Virus record (IMG/VR): IMGVR_UViG_3300017744_000007 | Span: 1 to 57,532 of that record | Source of the DNA: a virus | Taxonomy: Duplodnaviria; Caudoviricetes | DNA length: 57,532 nucleotides | Direction: 5' to 3' (one strand) | Shown: one piece after another, positions 18,502 to 27,751 of the stretch | Numbering within the stretch: the stretch's first letter is position 1 | Layout of the letters: each line of letters opens with the position of its first letter | Notes under the pieces: generated by a model | The model's input: the letters and a program-made list of their open reading frames with translations, nothing else | Databases searched by the model: none | Told to the model about the DNA's origin: nothing | Program-made: the position numbers and the translations under genes

Positions 18502-18955
18502 AATCTAATTCTTTTTTTAATTGTTTTACTTGTAGTTTAAGGCCTACGTTTTCCGCCTGTAAGTTTTCTATAATTCTACCCTTGTTTAAAATCTTTTCTC
18601 TAAGCTTACTATTACTCGTAAGGATAGATGAAACAAAATCATTTGTAACTTCGTCTTGTATATATATATTAGCAAGACCTACGGCTTGAGTGTATGAGCT
18701 ATCATACTCTTTATATATGTCACGCAAATCATCAAACTTTTTACAATGATGTATTATTGAAGAGTGGTCACGATTTATAAGTTTACCACAATCAACGAGT
18801 CCTAAGTCAAACATTTTAACTAAAACTACGCTAACTATTGTTCTATGATAGACTAACTGTCTTTCTCTACATTTACCCATAAAATCATCATAATTAACGT
18901 GATTGTAATTTAGGTAGTGTTTTATAAATTCTTTTGCATTATCTAATTCTTTCAT
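18494..18955 (-). CDS. DnaA C-terminal (domain IV)-like DNA-binding protein with coiled-coil tail
   Basis: R.RQLV..R...GL..CGK.INRDHSSIIH..KK matches the DnaA domain IV RDH(T/S)TV.H signature; no AAA+ domain. Confidence 0.75.
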   Translation of the reverse strand: MKELDNAKEFIKHYLNYNHVNYDDFMGKCRERQLVYHRTIVSVVLVKMFDLGLVDCGKLINRDHSSIIHHCKKFDDLRDIYKEYDSSYTQAVGLANIYIQDEVTNDFVSSILTSNSKLREKILNKGRIIENLQAENVGLKLQVKQLKKELDYV

Positions 18956-19317
18956 AATACTCTGATTATCACACCTGCTTTTTCTTTATCATAAGTATAC
19001 GGTTCAAAGGAAGGTATCATAAACTCACAGTTATCATCCTCTATCCAGCCATACTTAACCATTAAGTCTTGTACAGTCTGACAAGGATTTATGTAATCAA
19101 ACCTATGTCTTGAACCCCTTATAAATTCAAAAGATATTTTATAGGGAGCTTCCTTACCTACAAGCATAGCTTTAAACTTCTCCTTGTTCGACAAGTAGTC
19201 AGCTTTTGTAGCGCTTATATAAGTCATTACAGTTTTAGAGTGGATTAACATTTTGCCAGTCCATCTCTTTCCGTTTTTACTTGAAGGTACGTTACCCCCT
19301 ATAAATATCTCGTTCAT
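18952..19317 (-). CDS. RusA-like Holliday junction resolvase
   Basis: GNVPSSKN, R.D.IN...VQD.M...G.I.DD pattern. Confidence 0.7.
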   Translation of the reverse strand: MNEIFIGGNVPSSKNGKRWTGKMLIHSKTVMTYISATKADYLSNKEKFKAMLVGKEAPYKISFEFIRGSRHRFDYINPCQTVQDLMVKYGWIEDDNCEFMIPSFEPYTYDKEKAGVIIRVL

Positions 19318-19336
19318 AACAGATGTTATTGGTTAA

Positions 19337-19939
19337 TTAAAATGGTAAGTCTGTATCTTCTGTTGAAGAAGTTGCGATAGGCTCAGTATCAAACTTACTT
19401 TTTAGTGCGTCCATTCCGTCTAATAATTGCTGGTCATCAGCAGACAGAACTTTGTTGTACTTGGAATCATAAGTAAGCTTTTTACCTACCTTAGAAGACC
19501 ATAGGTATTTTACAGCGGTTCTTTTAACCAAAGTTCCAGTTTCTTTATCTTTACCTACGTATTCTTCAGAAACAAGAGCAACCTGTACACGTCTGTTTAG
19601 AGCAGACTTACAAGCCTCTGCGTCTGAATTAAATTCAGTAACACCACAGTTCATTAAGAAATCTTTTAGTTGTTTCTTTTTCCATTCTTTAGTGCTGTCT
19701 TTGTCGGTTTGTTTTACAACCCAAAATCTTGCACTTGCTTGTTTACCATCTTCTGTTAAAAGATAGAACTCAATAAAAGGTGAACTTGTGTAACCTTCTA
19801 TATCAGAAGAGTTTTTAAGTCCTGTTACGGTACATAAGTATCCTCCTGGAGTAGCTCTTTCTGGGTATTTACCATCAGAACCTTTAGGGTTAGTTTGTCC
19901 TCCTTTGAAATTTGCTAAGTTGAATGCTTCCATTGTCAT
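19337..19939 (-). CDS. putative single-stranded DNA-binding protein
   Basis: PGGY...V OB-fold-like start, acidic tail EDTDLPF, adjacent to the annealase. Confidence 0.65.
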   Translation of the reverse strand: MTMEAFNLANFKGGQTNPKGSDGKYPERATPGGYLCTVTGLKNSSDIEGYTSSPFIEFYLLTEDGKQASARFWVVKQTDKDSTKEWKKKQLKDFLMNCGVTEFNSDAEACKSALNRRVQVALVSEEYVGKDKETGTLVKRTAVKYLWSSKVGKKLTYDSKYNKVLSADDQQLLDGMDALKSKFDTEPIATSSTEDTDLPF

Positions 19940-19966
19940 AATTTTAATGTTTTAATAATTTATTAA

Positions 19967-20500
19967 TTAGTTTTTTTTCCAGTTAAATCTCACTTTACCA
20001 TTTTGGTCTTTGGCAGCCAACTGAATAAGCTGTCCGTTTTCATCTCTTTTGTCTCCCCAAGTCCACTCTTTGAGTTTTAATCCCCAAGTAGCCTTAGGTC
20101 TACCGCCTACTTCTTGAAACTCACTTGAGTCAAGTTTAGCTTGTATTAACGGAAAGTCGTATAACTCACGACCTATTCCCCAATTAAAGCAAGCACGTTT
20201 AAATGCGTCTGAAGCTTGACCTTTTTCTGCTTCTGTGTTAGACTCAGTACCTACGTCTTGTTTCCAAACCCATTCTTTTGTTTCTGAGTTGTAAATACCA
20301 ACAGAACAATAAAGTCTGCCTTCTATTACTTCGTAGCGCTTAGACCAATTCTCAGGGCCTACTACCTTGTCTAGGACATTCATATCGTACCTTGCGTCTT
20401 TATACGCTAAGATGGTCGCATAACCTCCTTTATTAATTGATTGTACTCTAAAGTCTATTTGACTTAACTCTACTGGTTGATTTAGTTTTTTAAAATCCAT
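19967..20500 (-). CDS. Rad52/Sak-family ssDNA annealing protein
   Basis: LAYKDAR....LD.VVG..NW; K.D.G.ES..EAEKG.ASDAFKRA...WGIGRELY. Confidence 0.9.
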   Translation of the reverse strand: MDFKKLNQPVELSQIDFRVQSINKGGYATILAYKDARYDMNVLDKVVGPENWSKRYEVIEGRLYCSVGIYNSETKEWVWKQDVGTESNTEAEKGQASDAFKRACFNWGIGRELYDFPLIQAKLDSSEFQEVGGRPKATWGLKLKEWTWGDKRDENGQLIQLAAKDQNGKVRFNWKKN

Positions 20501-20515
20501 AATTTTAATTTAGTT

Positions 20516-20740
20516 TTATTTGTTTCTTGTTTCATAACTTTTAATATCTCTGTCTAACTTTTTTAGAACAACAGCAGCCATAACTATTTTAATAAATCTT
20601 CTTATTAAGATTGGTGATTTACTTGTAATAAGTATAAATCCTATTTCCTTAAAGATTCTGTGTAAAATAGAACGGACAGTTGATTTACTAAAGCCAGTTC
20701 GTTGAGATACTTTAGCTATTATTTTTTCATAATTTGACAT
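20516..20740 (-). CDS. HU/IHF-like DNA-binding protein
   Basis: II.KVS.RTG.SK..V..IL...F.EI pattern of the HU N-terminal helices. Confidence 0.6.
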   Translation of the reverse strand: MSNYEKIIAKVSQRTGFSKSTVRSILHRIFKEIGFILITSKSPILIRRFIKIVMAAVVLKKLDRDIKSYETRNK

Positions 20741-20760
20741 AAATTATTTTTAAATACTTT

Positions 20761-20769
20761 GCTAAAATA
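20761..20769 (-). promoter_or_regulatory. possible -7 promoter variant TATTTTAGC
   Basis: Intergenic, about 20 nt upstream of the HU-like gene; one mismatch to TAnnTTTG. Confidence 0.4.
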
Positions 20770-20780
20770 ATAAATAAGTT

Positions 20781-20930
20781 TTATTTATTAAAGAATTTTT
20801 TTAATTTAATTACAGAAAAACCTATAATAAATAATGCTATAAATGGTAGTAAGTTTACTGCCAAAATAGCGGTAACAGCCAGGGCTAATACACCCAAGAC
20901 TGCTCCTCCGATAATGTTAATTTCGTTCAT
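20781..20930 (-). CDS. 49-aa membrane peptide (not in ORF track)
   Basis: Hand translation MNEINIIGGAVLGVLALAVTAILAVNLLPFIALFIIGFSVIKLKKFFNK*; AATTATG context directly after dnaB. Confidence 0.6.
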   Translation of the reverse strand: MNEINIIGGAVLGVLALAVTAILAVNLLPFIALFIIGFSVIKLKKFFNK

Positions 20931-20934
20931 AATT

Positions 20935-22221
20935 TTAAATTAATGATGTAAATTTAGTTCTACTTGAGTCAAAACTCATGTTAATTTCTCCAACACCTAT
21001 GTTACGACCTTTTGCAAATATAATTTGCGCAAGTCCAGCAGCGTCAGTTCCGTCTTCAAGTGATGGGATGTTGTAGTATTCTGGTCTAAATAGTAGACAA
21101 ACTATATCCGCTGCTTGTTCGATTTCGCCTGATTCTCTCAAGTCTGACATTGTAGGTTTTGGATTGCCTCTAAACGAGACACCTCTGTTTAATTGCGATA
21201 AAGCTATAACAGAGATATTAAGTTCTTTTGCAAGGTTTTTGAGCGTTCTCGCAACCATTGAAACTTCTTGTTCTCTTGTTCCGTTCTTTTTTCCTTGGAC
21301 GGAGACGAGTTGGAGGTAGTCGATAAATACCACCTGCACATTGTCATTAATAGCATATTTTCTAATTTTTGCGGTTAAATAACTTAATGATGTTCTTTTA
21401 CAGTCATCAATCTTTAATGGTAATTCTTCAATAACGCCTATTGCTTTGTTGATTAATTGCAACTGCTCTTTATCTATTGCGCCTTGATTTAATTCTCTTA
21501 AAGATACTCCTGACTCTATACTTATAATTCTTTGTAATAGTTGTGGAGCAGACATTTCATAACTAAATACTGCGACTGGGTGTTTAGCACGTACAGCGTT
21601 ATACGCTACGTTAAGAGCAAAGCTCGTCTTACCCATAGATGATGCAGCACCTATTATTGTTAAGTCTGTCGGTTGAAAACCATTAGTGAAATTGTCAAGA
21701 CAGGAATAGCCAGTTGTTACACCAGTTATCCCGTCTGTAGACATACGTGTTGTTAAGGTCGTGTAGTAATCTTTTAATTGACCTCCGATGTTTTCGTCAT
21801 TAGCTGACTCATCAGTTTGTATAATTTCTATGCCTTTCTTTAACTCATCAGAAATTGTATCTAACGGTTCGTTTTTTTGCATTAAATTATTTATGTTCAA
21901 CAAAAGATTACCCATAGTTTGATATTTACTTCTATATGATAGGTCTTCTATCAAAGAATTAAAATCAAAATTTGTATAACCATAAGATTCACAGTCAAAC
22001 AAAACACTAAGAGAGTTTTTGTCCATGCCTATTTCTTTACCTATAGTAACCATGTCTATCTTAGTTCCAGACTTGTGAACTTTCTTTATAGCCTCCCAAA
22101 GAAAACTATAATTAGGTTCGTTCAACTTAATTTTCATAAGTCTGTCTTCGTCTTTGATAAAAAGTTCAGGATTTACTAAAACTTTGCCTATTAAAAACTT
22201 TTCTCTTTCTGTATTTGTCAT
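20935..22221 (-). CDS. dnaB: DnaB-like replicative helicase
   Basis: GVTTGY..LD, GAASSMGKT, FSYEM, IDYLQL, LSQLNR, DLRESG.IEQ.AD, K.RN. Confidence 0.95.
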   Translation of the reverse strand: MTNTEREKFLIGKVLVNPELFIKDEDRLMKIKLNEPNYSFLWEAIKKVHKSGTKIDMVTIGKEIGMDKNSLSVLFDCESYGYTNFDFNSLIEDLSYRSKYQTMGNLLLNINNLMQKNEPLDTISDELKKGIEIIQTDESANDENIGGQLKDYYTTLTTRMSTDGITGVTTGYSCLDNFTNGFQPTDLTIIGAASSMGKTSFALNVAYNAVRAKHPVAVFSYEMSAPQLLQRIISIESGVSLRELNQGAIDKEQLQLINKAIGVIEELPLKIDDCKRTSLSYLTAKIRKYAINDNVQVVFIDYLQLVSVQGKKNGTREQEVSMVARTLKNLAKELNISVIALSQLNRGVSFRGNPKPTMSDLRESGEIEQAADIVCLLFRPEYYNIPSLEDGTDAAGLAQIIFAKGRNIGVGEINMSFDSSRTKFTSLI

Positions 22222-22235
22222 AATGTTTTATTTAT

Positions 22236-22751
22236 TTAATGATATGAATGTTTGCCTTGTGATTCACATTCCTGTCCGCATTCACTGCAAGACGATTCGT
22301 AATTATCGTCCCAATCAACTTCTTTCTCACAGCAATCAGAAATTTGTATAATTTCTCCTCCCTTATGGTCAATGTCTCCATCTGAATAATGAATAATACC
22401 ACAGAAAGCCATTCCTGGTTCTTCGTATTCCATAAATATTGTTAAATTTGGAAACATCTCAGTAAGACGTTCAAAGAATTTTATAGGTGGAGACCAAGCG
22501 GTGTCAAAAGTAACACTAAATATTGGAATTTCAATATCCAACTCAGGCTCATATACGTCCCACTTAGTACCCCAGTTTTCACAGTTCCAATTATACCAAT
22601 TTTCTTCTTCATGTTCTGGTCTAGGTACAAACCAATCCATTTTAAAGTCATCACAAGACTTGTAATCGTTTACTTTAAATTTAGAATAAAATTCAGTCAT
22701 GTCTTGTTTAGTTCCTTGAACTTCAAGACGATTCCAGCACCAATTTGGCAT
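22236..22751 (-). CDS. Api92/YubB-like (DUF1281-type) ferredoxin-fold protein with C-terminal Cys cluster
   Basis: MPNWC.N, WY.W...NWGTKW, F.TAWSPP, Y.EPG..F.G; tail CC...CSEC. Confidence 0.8.
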   Translation of the reverse strand: MPNWCWNRLEVQGTKQDMTEFYSKFKVNDYKSCDDFKMDWFVPRPEHEEENWYNWNCENWGTKWDVYEPELDIEIPIFSVTFDTAWSPPIKFFERLTEMFPNLTIFMEYEEPGMAFCGIIHYSDGDIDHKGGEIIQISDCCEKEVDWDDNYESSCSECGQECESQGKHSYH

Positions 22752-22753
22752 AG

Positions 22754-23014
22754 TTAATCTAATAAAATCATATAGGCTTCTGGATTGGCGTGCCTAAACC
22801 ATTGCAGTCCTTCTGCGTGTTCATTGAGTACTTTTTTATCATCTAAGAACATTCCTTGTTCAAATAAAATAGTAGCTCCCATAATAAAATCATACATGGA
22901 AAGTTCCACGGCGGTAAGCTGCGTCTCTTCTCCAGTAAATCTGTTTGATACAACGTCTCCCTCTTTGTAGAGTTCACCGTCAAACCATTTTGGCAATTCT
23001 TGTTTCTTTTTCAT
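22754..23014 (-). CDS. conserved phage hypothetical protein
   Basis: V.NRF.GE...L..VE...YD...G and WF...NP.AYM.LLD pattern. Confidence 0.6.
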   Translation of the reverse strand: MKKKQELPKWFDGELYKEGDVVSNRFTGEETQLTAVELSMYDFIMGATILFEQGMFLDDKKVLNEHAEGLQWFRHANPEAYMILLD

Positions 23015-23015
23015 A

Positions 23016-23276
23016 TTATCCTATTAATTTTTCGTGTGCTTCATTTTCTATGTCTTCTATAAAACTACCTTCTATAAAGTCCCAAAACAAATCTGTTATT
23101 TCTGTAACAACCCACTGCCCATCTTCATTTCTTGATTGCAAGTGTACTTCTGTAACTTCTACTTCTCTATGTTCAGGAAGCTCGTGTGTTGCTGACTCAT
23201 AACGATAAGTATATGATATAGTCATTTCGTAATTTTCTGCTGCGACTAAAAAGTCTGCTGATATTTCTCTATTCAT
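23016..23276 (-). CDS. acidic hypothetical protein
   Basis: Packed operon ORF. Confidence 0.55.
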   Translation of the reverse strand: MNREISADFLVAAENYEMTISYTYRYESATHELPEHREVEVTEVHLQSRNEDGQWVVTEITDLFWDFIEGSFIEDIENEAHEKLIG

Positions 23277-23535
23277 CGTCTTCTTGATTTAATGTTTCTT
23301 TTAATTTAGTGAAAGCTGAGTCAACCATTTTGTGTGCAATGTCTACAGCTGCTAATGTTTTATCCTTTAGATTTCTTTTAGGCTTTATTTTATCACCTAT
23401 TTGTGGATAAGTTTTAAGCACAGACAGCACAATATGTGTTGCTTTGTTTTCACTTTCTTCGTCTTTAAAAACGTTGTTTGCTTCTAAGTTGTCAAGAATT
23501 TCTAATGCAATGCTGACGTTTGTGATTTTTTTCAT
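23269..23535 (-). CDS. hypothetical protein
   Basis: AATTATG start context with an A-rich leader. Confidence 0.55.
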   Translation of the reverse strand: MKKITNVSIALEILDNLEANNVFKDEESENKATHIVLSVLKTYPQIGDKIKPKRNLKDKTLAAVDIAHKMVDSAFTKLKETLNQEDDE

Positions 23536-23589
23536 AATTTTGTATTGATTTTGTTTTAATCTATTTTGATGATTGATTTGATTAGTTTT

Positions 23590-23619
23590 ATAGGGGGTGT
23601 TTAGCCCCCTATTTTTTTT
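23590..23619 (+). terminator. hairpin ATAGGGGG-7nt-CCCCCTAT followed by a T-run on the plus strand
   Basis: Perfect 8-bp inverted repeat in an intergenic gap; U-tract only in the plus orientation. Confidence 0.6.
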
Positions 23620-23935
23620 AATAACCTGGTTTTAGATGTGCAGTTCTTTGCTCTCTTTCTAAGTCTTCCAACTCCAACTCATTAAATGGTGTTCTAACTT
23701 TTGGTTTTTTAACCTTTTCAAACACCACCTCTTTAATCTTGTTAGAATTTCTGACATGATTAGCCATTGTGTTAACCACCTTAAATACGTGATTACACAA
23801 TTCTTTTTGTTTGTCATCCAGACTGTCGCCAGGTTCTATTTCCCAGACTTCTCCGTAATTAATCTTTTGATTCTCAAAGTTTCCAGTGTTAATGGTAACT
23901 GATTGGTTACTGATTATTTCTTTTACTCTTGACAT
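23618..23935 (-). CDS. hypothetical protein
   Basis: TINTGNFEN.KI motif; packed operon. Confidence 0.55.
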   Translation of the reverse strand: MSRVKEIISNQSVTINTGNFENQKINYGEVWEIEPGDSLDDKQKELCNHVFKVVNTMANHVRNSNKIKEVVFEKVKKPKVRTPFNELELEDLEREQRTAHLKPGY

Positions 23936-24345
23936 AATTCTTTAGTTTTAGTTAAAAATTCTTTTGCAGTTCCCAGAAAAACAACTTCATTGTCCCAATA
24001 GGTAACTTTTACTTTTATGTCTGAACCCTCTACATATATATAATATATATATTCTTCTCCGCAATCATGTGCATCTGGATGATATAGATATATACCTCCA
24101 GCTCCATCTTTAAAGTGGGCAAACATTTGTGCTGCTAAACAATCTGCTCCATTTGCAACCTTGTGAGTTTCGCCCATGGAAATTCCGTTTACAACAGCGA
24201 AAGGCTCAAGCCACTCTGCCAAGTCTTTTCCGTGTCCTGACATATACCCGTCATATTGACGATACATAGTTGTTAATGCTTTTTTTGATATATAGTTTTC
24301 GTCTCGATGAACTTCTATAATTTTTGTTAAACTTCTAGTACCCAT
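23923..24345 (-). CDS. conserved phage hypothetical protein
   Basis: MGTRSLT...YRQYDGY..GHG..L...EYIY motifs, familiar from many phages. Confidence 0.65.
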   Translation of the reverse strand: MGTRSLTKIIEVHRDENYISKKALTTMYRQYDGYMSGHGKDLAEWLEPFAVVNGISMGETHKVANGADCLAAQMFAHFKDGAGGIYLYHPDAHDCGEEYIYYIYVEGSDIKVKVTYWDNEVVFLGTAKEFLTKTKELCQE

Positions 24346-24363
24346 AATTTTTAGTTTTATATA

Positions 24364-24792
24364 TTAAAATGTTTGTTCTATTATTTCGTGAAACTCTTTT
24401 ACTGCTTTAACAGCCTCCTCCCAGTCATTATTTTTCTGACAAGCCCTAACCATTTGCAACATTGTGTATGAGCTTAGCTTAACTAATGTTGTTTCTGATT
24501 CGTCATTCTTATTAAGTTGACTATACTCAAAAGCTCCAACCATATTTCCTATAGTCATAACCTCTAGTAAATTTTGTGGGTCTAAGTGATACAAAGCACC
24601 AACCCAAATGTCTGAGCGTTTCGTTGCTTTTTTACCTTCTAAAGAATTTAAAACATAATTTTTAAAGTTATCCGCAAGTTCAGATAGCCTTCTGTCATCA
24701 ATGCCTATAGCTTCTGATAGGCTATCGGCTTCAGAGCTTGGTTTAAATTCAGATAATGTTTCTTGATAAAATTTCTTAAATTGATTTTCCAT
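24364..24792 (-). CDS. hypothetical protein
   Basis: 142 aa directly downstream of the AAA+/VWA pair. Confidence 0.6.
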   Translation of the reverse strand: MENQFKKFYQETLSEFKPSSEADSLSEAIGIDDRRLSELADNFKNYVLNSLEGKKATKRSDIWVGALYHLDPQNLLEVMTIGNMVGAFEYSQLNKNDESETTLVKLSSYTMLQMVRACQKNNDWEEAVKAVKEFHEIIEQTF

Positions 24793-24806
24793 AATAATTT
24801 AATTTT

Positions 24807-25757
24807 TTAATTAGTTTCTAATAATTGACCTTCTGTAACAGACTTTAATAAGTTAGATAGAAAAGCTTTTTCTTTTCCATTTTTAACCCACTTAACTTCT
24901 ATTAAGTTTTTGATTTTTAATAAGTCTTTAACATTTTTAGTTGTCTCCATGCCTCGACCTAAGCCGCTTGACGGAACTCCGTCTAAAAAGTTAATCCAGT
25001 TTGTAAAGCCATAAGACCTGTAGAGTCCAGGGATACCAATACAGGCAACCCTAGACACATCAAGTTTTTCACTAGCAGACTTTAACTTAAAAGTAAAGCC
25101 CTGTTCATAGTGTATAGCTTTACGTGGCTTATCTTTATGTTCAAATGTTCTTGTAACATTATGAGCAACACAAAGAGCTAAGACCTCTACAGACAAACCA
25201 CAACGTTGAAGCATATCTACTGCAACAGTAGTTAATGCACCCAACTGATTAAGTTGTTTTTCTGTATGTCCAGAGGTAACAGAAAAGTTGACAGCAAGTC
25301 TGACTACATTTTCTTTCTTACCTTTAGTCATAGACTGCCAGTGTTCTGGGTCTCCTGAAAGAACTCTATCTATATCAAGCTCTGAGCCTGAGTCTGAGAA
25401 CTTTCTTCTACGTTTAAAGGATACAGCTTTACGCATTGATTCTTCTATTCCATCCATGTTTAACAATATATCTCTGTATTTAGAAATTTGTTTAAGGGTT
25501 TTGTTGGAACATTCGCCATTACGTAAAGCCTTTGTTGTAGACTCTAGGCGTGGAAACTCTGTACCAAAAGTCCATTCGTCATCACCCATGTCTAAATATT
25601 TCTTAGACTTACCAGTAATAGAGTGATTAATCATTTCATCTGCATTATCATAATGTATGATTTCTGCACCATTACCATTTTCAAATACAACCTTGTCGTA
25701 TTCGTATGGCACATTCTTTTCTTTATCTAATCTTTGCTTTATCATATTATATTGCAT
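24807..25757 (-). CDS. VWA-like (CobT-like) partner of the MoxR-type ATPase
   Basis: G.ELDIDR.L.G.P motif, then strand VVRLAVNFSVTSG, helix ..D.L...G..VEV and LK...E.LD; overlaps the ATPase stop. Confidence 0.65.
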   Translation of the reverse strand: MQYNMIKQRLDKEKNVPYEYDKVVFENGNGAEIIHYDNADEMINHSITGKSKKYLDMGDDEWTFGTEFPRLESTTKALRNGECSNKTLKQISKYRDILLNMDGIEESMRKAVSFKRRRKFSDSGSELDIDRVLSGDPEHWQSMTKGKKENVVRLAVNFSVTSGHTEKQLNQLGALTTVAVDMLQRCGLSVEVLALCVAHNVTRTFEHKDKPRKAIHYEQGFTFKLKSASEKLDVSRVACIGIPGLYRSYGFTNWINFLDGVPSSGLGRGMETTKNVKDLLKIKNLIEVKWVKNGKEKAFLSNLLKSVTEGQLLETN

Positions 25758-26943
25758 TAATTATTTCATTCATTTTTATTTTAGACTTTTCTTCAGAAGA
25801 CCAGTCTATCATTAAATTGTTTATAAAATCTTTAATAGACTTTCCAGAAGACACTTGTCTTTGACCAGATATAAATACACGAGTACTTATTACTCTGCGT
25901 ATTTTCTTGTCCAACACAGCTTTTCTTAAATTTGTAAGAGCAGTGTATAGAAAATCGTCAGTACATATTTTCTTCTCTAGTTTAGAGTCATAGTCAACTA
26001 CAACCTTAGATGCTGAAAACCTATCCATAAAGGCTGCGTCCATGTAGTTTCTACCTGCGTATTCTATAGAGCCAGAACCCCAGGTGTTACCTGCACATAT
26101 ACACATAAAGTCTTTATGTCTTTTTGCTGATGGATTATCTTTTCTGTTAGGTACAGACATAGAGCCATTTGCTAATGCAGAGTTAACGACTAACAAAGTG
26201 TTAGCGTCTGCTGCATCTATTTCGTCAAACAAGAATATACCACCATTCTCGTAGCAGTCTACAAAGTCTGACTTGACATACGTGCCGTCAAACAGCATAC
26301 GTCCCAGCAGGTGAGCTTCTGAAAGTCCAGCAGAACATGAGATATGTTTGAACTGAACTCCTAATGCTTTAGCTACTTGAGATGCCATGTGTGTCTTACC
26401 TGAACCTGAAGGGCCAGCGACAAATACTTGTCTTTCCATTTCACAGAAATACAGCACGTCTTTAAAAGCTTTGTGCAAGCTTTCTTCTAATACAACTTCT
26501 TTTCTGTTAGGGATGCGTACTAGAGTAGGCTTTAATTTAGCCACTTCTTTCTCAACCTTAACATTAATTTGTTTATTGATGAGTTCTTCACGTTGTCCTT
26601 CTAGTAAGTTTTGGACAGCGCTACTTATTACAGCTCCCAAGTCAAGACCTAAGTCGATTTTCATTTGATTTCCTTCCATTGATGATTTTTGTTTAGGTGT
26701 TGTTAATTGTTTAGTTTCTGTAGGAGGGTTTGTTCTTTCAAACAAATCTTCTACAGGCTCAGTATCTTTAATATATTTATGTATAGATTCTTCTGAACAA
26801 TAAGTTTTTATTGCAAATATTAAAGCTTCTTTATTAGCCCTATTAACTGATTCATAAATGTCAACTAAATAGTCTATTGCGTGAGATTCTTTTCTTGCAA
26901 TTTTTCTAAGTCTGTCTACTGATAATTCTTTTAATTGTTTCAT
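25747..26943 (-). CDS. MoxR/CobS/NirQ-type AAA+ ATPase
   Basis: Walker A GPSGSGKT, Walker B FLFDEID, AGNT.G.G...Y.GRN..DAAF.DRF, ISTR. Confidence 0.9.
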   Translation of the reverse strand: MKQLKELSVDRLRKIARKESHAIDYLVDIYESVNRANKEALIFAIKTYCSEESIHKYIKDTEPVEDLFERTNPPTETKQLTTPKQKSSMEGNQMKIDLGLDLGAVISSAVQNLLEGQREELINKQINVKVEKEVAKLKPTLVRIPNRKEVVLEESLHKAFKDVLYFCEMERQVFVAGPSGSGKTHMASQVAKALGVQFKHISCSAGLSEAHLLGRMLFDGTYVKSDFVDCYENGGIFLFDEIDAADANTLLVVNSALANGSMSVPNRKDNPSAKRHKDFMCICAGNTWGSGSIEYAGRNYMDAAFMDRFSASKVVVDYDSKLEKKICTDDFLYTALTNLRKAVLDKKIRRVISTRVFISGQRQVSSGKSIKDFINNLMIDWSSEEKSKIKMNEIINAI

Positions 26944-26948
26944 AGTTT

Positions 26949-27239
26949 TTATTTATATATTTTAGTGAATGATTCGAATAAGTCTCCTAACAAAGATTGT
27001 TCTTCTTTAGGTTCTTGTTTTATAGCCAGCGTATATTTAGCGTATGATACTGGTTCGTTAAACTTATTTTTAGACGTAATTGTTTCTGACTTTATATTGT
27101 GTCCTTCTTCTTTTAGATTGAAGATGACAGCAGCAAGTCTCATAATACTGTAGTCAAAGTAAGCTTGACGCGGGTCAATGCTTCCATAAGTTTCTAGGTG
27201 TCTTAACACTCTATCTTTTTGATTTAATTTCTTAGCCAT
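26949..27239 (-). CDS. winged HTH protein
   Basis: Q..RVL.HL...GSI....A...Y.I.RLAA.I..L...G..I. Confidence 0.75.
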   Translation of the reverse strand: MAKKLNQKDRVLRHLETYGSIDPRQAYFDYSIMRLAAVIFNLKEEGHNIKSETITSKNKFNEPVSYAKYTLAIKQEPKEEQSLLGDLFESFTKIYK

Positions 27240-27243
27240 AATA

Positions 27244-27507
27244 TTATTTTTTAAGTTGTGATTCTAAGTTTCTAGTTTCTTCTATAAATGTTGTAATATT
27301 TTCAAACAGTTCTTCTTCTGTCTCGCCATACTCTTTGTATATTTCTATATACTTGAGTGTTTGAGCAAGTAGTATATTAGCACTGTCTGTGATATTACCT
27401 ATTGCATTAATGTATGATTGTTGCATCTCTTCGATTTCAACGAGTTGTTCTTTCTGAGCTGCCTCAATTTCTTTGAGGATTTTCTCAAGCTTGATAATTG
27501 CTTCCAT
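27244..27507 (-). CDS. coiled-coil hypothetical protein
   Basis: Helical; MEAII start directly after the upstream stop at 27509 preferred over 27561. Confidence 0.5.
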   Translation of the reverse strand: MEAIIKLEKILKEIEAAQKEQLVEIEEMQQSYINAIGNITDSANILLAQTLKYIEIYKEYGETEEELFENITTFIEETRNLESQLKK

Positions 27508-27508
27508 A

Positions 27509-27751
27509 TTATTTAGTTGTTTTTTTGCCGTAGGCATATTTATTAATTGTTGTGAATACAAATCCTGATATTAATCCGACAAACAAAGCACCTTGTGTGC
27601 CAGTTGTTGATGTCAAAGCTATAATACCGATTGTATATAGTATATCTACGAGTAGTCTCATAGTTGGATTACGTAAAGCCCATTCTGCTTTAGTATCCTT
27701 AAGCATCCAGTATGCACCGAATGCCGTTCCGATAGCTGATAGTAGTATCAT
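27509..27751 (-). CDS. small membrane protein
   Basis: Three hydrophobic segments; start MILLSAIG preferred (start uncertain). Confidence 0.55.
   Translation of the reverse strand: MILLSAIGTAFGAYWMLKDTKAEWALRNPTMRLLVDILYTIGIIALTSTTGTQGALFVGLISGFVFTTINKYAYGKKTTK

Noticed and set aside
24807-26943. Cobalamin biosynthesis genes cobS/cobT
   Set aside because: Only the general MoxR/VWA architecture is supported; no cobN or other pathway genes are present.
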